From an uncultured Candidatus Saccharibacteria bacterium (lineage in GTDB: Bacteria > Patescibacteriota > Minisyncoccia > Minisyncoccales > Staskawiczbacteraceae): 64,000 nucleotides of DNA. Both the position numbers and the translations under genes were made by a program. The stretch is taken from the NCBI GenBank assembly GCA_964479955.1, contig CAYZNK010000001.1:77073-141072 (forward strand), written 5' to 3'. This document shows, one piece after another, positions 63,798-64,000 of the stretch; the first letter of the stretch is position 1; each line of letters opens with the position of its first letter. Under the pieces are notes generated by a model. It had not been told where the DNA came from and ran no database searches. It saw nothing but the letters and a program-made list of their open reading frames with translations.

Positions 63798-64000
63798 ATG
63801 AGCAAGCCAAAATATCAAAGTTTGACTGGAATGCACGATGTTTTGCCTGAGGACCAGGTATATTTTAAAAGGGTTCAAAAAGTAATAGAGGGGGTTTCAA
63901 ATTATTACAGTTTCCAAAAAATAGAAACTCCAATTTTGGAATCCGTTGAAATTTTTTCAAGGACAGTGGGTCAGGACACTGATATTGTTGGGAAAGAAAT
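63798..64000 (+). CDS. hisS: Histidine--tRNA ligase, N-terminal fragment (continues beyond the window)
   Basis: Own translation from ATG 63798: MSKPKYQSLTGMHDVLPEDQVYFKRVQ...FQKIETPILESVEIFSRTVGQDTDIVGKE, which includes HisRS motif 1 and its context. Confidence 0.88.
   Translation, partial: MSKPKYQSLTGMHDVLPEDQVYFKRVQKVIEGVSNYYSFQKIETPILESVEIFSRTVGQDTDIVGKE

Noticed and set aside
1-64000. Looked for CRISPR arrays, rRNA genes, transposases/IS elements and prophage blocks
   Set aside because: I saw no regularly spaced direct repeats, no rRNA-like conserved blocks and no transposase or integrase ORFs. The only mobile-element-like features are the DGR, the GIY-YIG/tRNA cassette and the GC-rich islands reported in the findings.

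Overview
AT-rich (about one-third G+C by eye), tightly packed bacterial window with short intergenic regions. The reduced, housekeeping-dominated gene set looks like Candidate Phyla Radiation / Parcubacteria-type genomes; that placement is inference from gene content and composition only. Most of the 64 kb is core machinery. This includes ruvC/yebC/ruvB/ruvA, uvrB, mutM, recO, dprA, topA, mfd, PolX, an EndoQ-like protein, holA and seven aminoacyl-tRNA synthetases (argS, ileS, glyQS, metG, leuS, partial hisS). It also includes the smpB-ssrA-infC-rpmI-rplT cluster, rpsT, pth, lepB, glyA, relA/spoT, iorAB, tsaC/tsaE, uppP plus a PAP2 phosphatase, and a PilB/GspE ATPase.

The standout is a complete diversity-generating retroelement (DGR) at about 48.8-51.3 kb:
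- a GC-rich 206-aa target gene whose C-terminal 105 bp (VR, 49390-49494) is repeated 461 bp downstream (TR, 49851-49955);
- 19 mismatches between the two copies by hand count, every one at a TR adenine;
- an Avd-like four-helix-bundle gene on the opposite strand;
- a reverse transcriptase carrying the DGR-type LGxxxSQ and YADD motifs;
- a T9G9 homopolymer tract in the divergent avd/RT control region.

Other accessory-looking items:
- a GC-rich monocistronic csrA island;
- a second GC-rich island (62.6-63.1 kb) with a GGA-rich leader and a 76-aa basic protein;
- a GIY-YIG nuclease gene wedged into the 5' side of tRNA-Leu(CAA), flanked by a duplicated 24-nt tRNA 5' segment that is itself split by a perfect 20-nt palindrome;
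- a tmRNA whose 5' end overlaps the smpB stop codon.

No rRNA genes and no CRISPR array were seen. All coordinates for non-ORF features were hand-counted and may be off by 1-2 nt.
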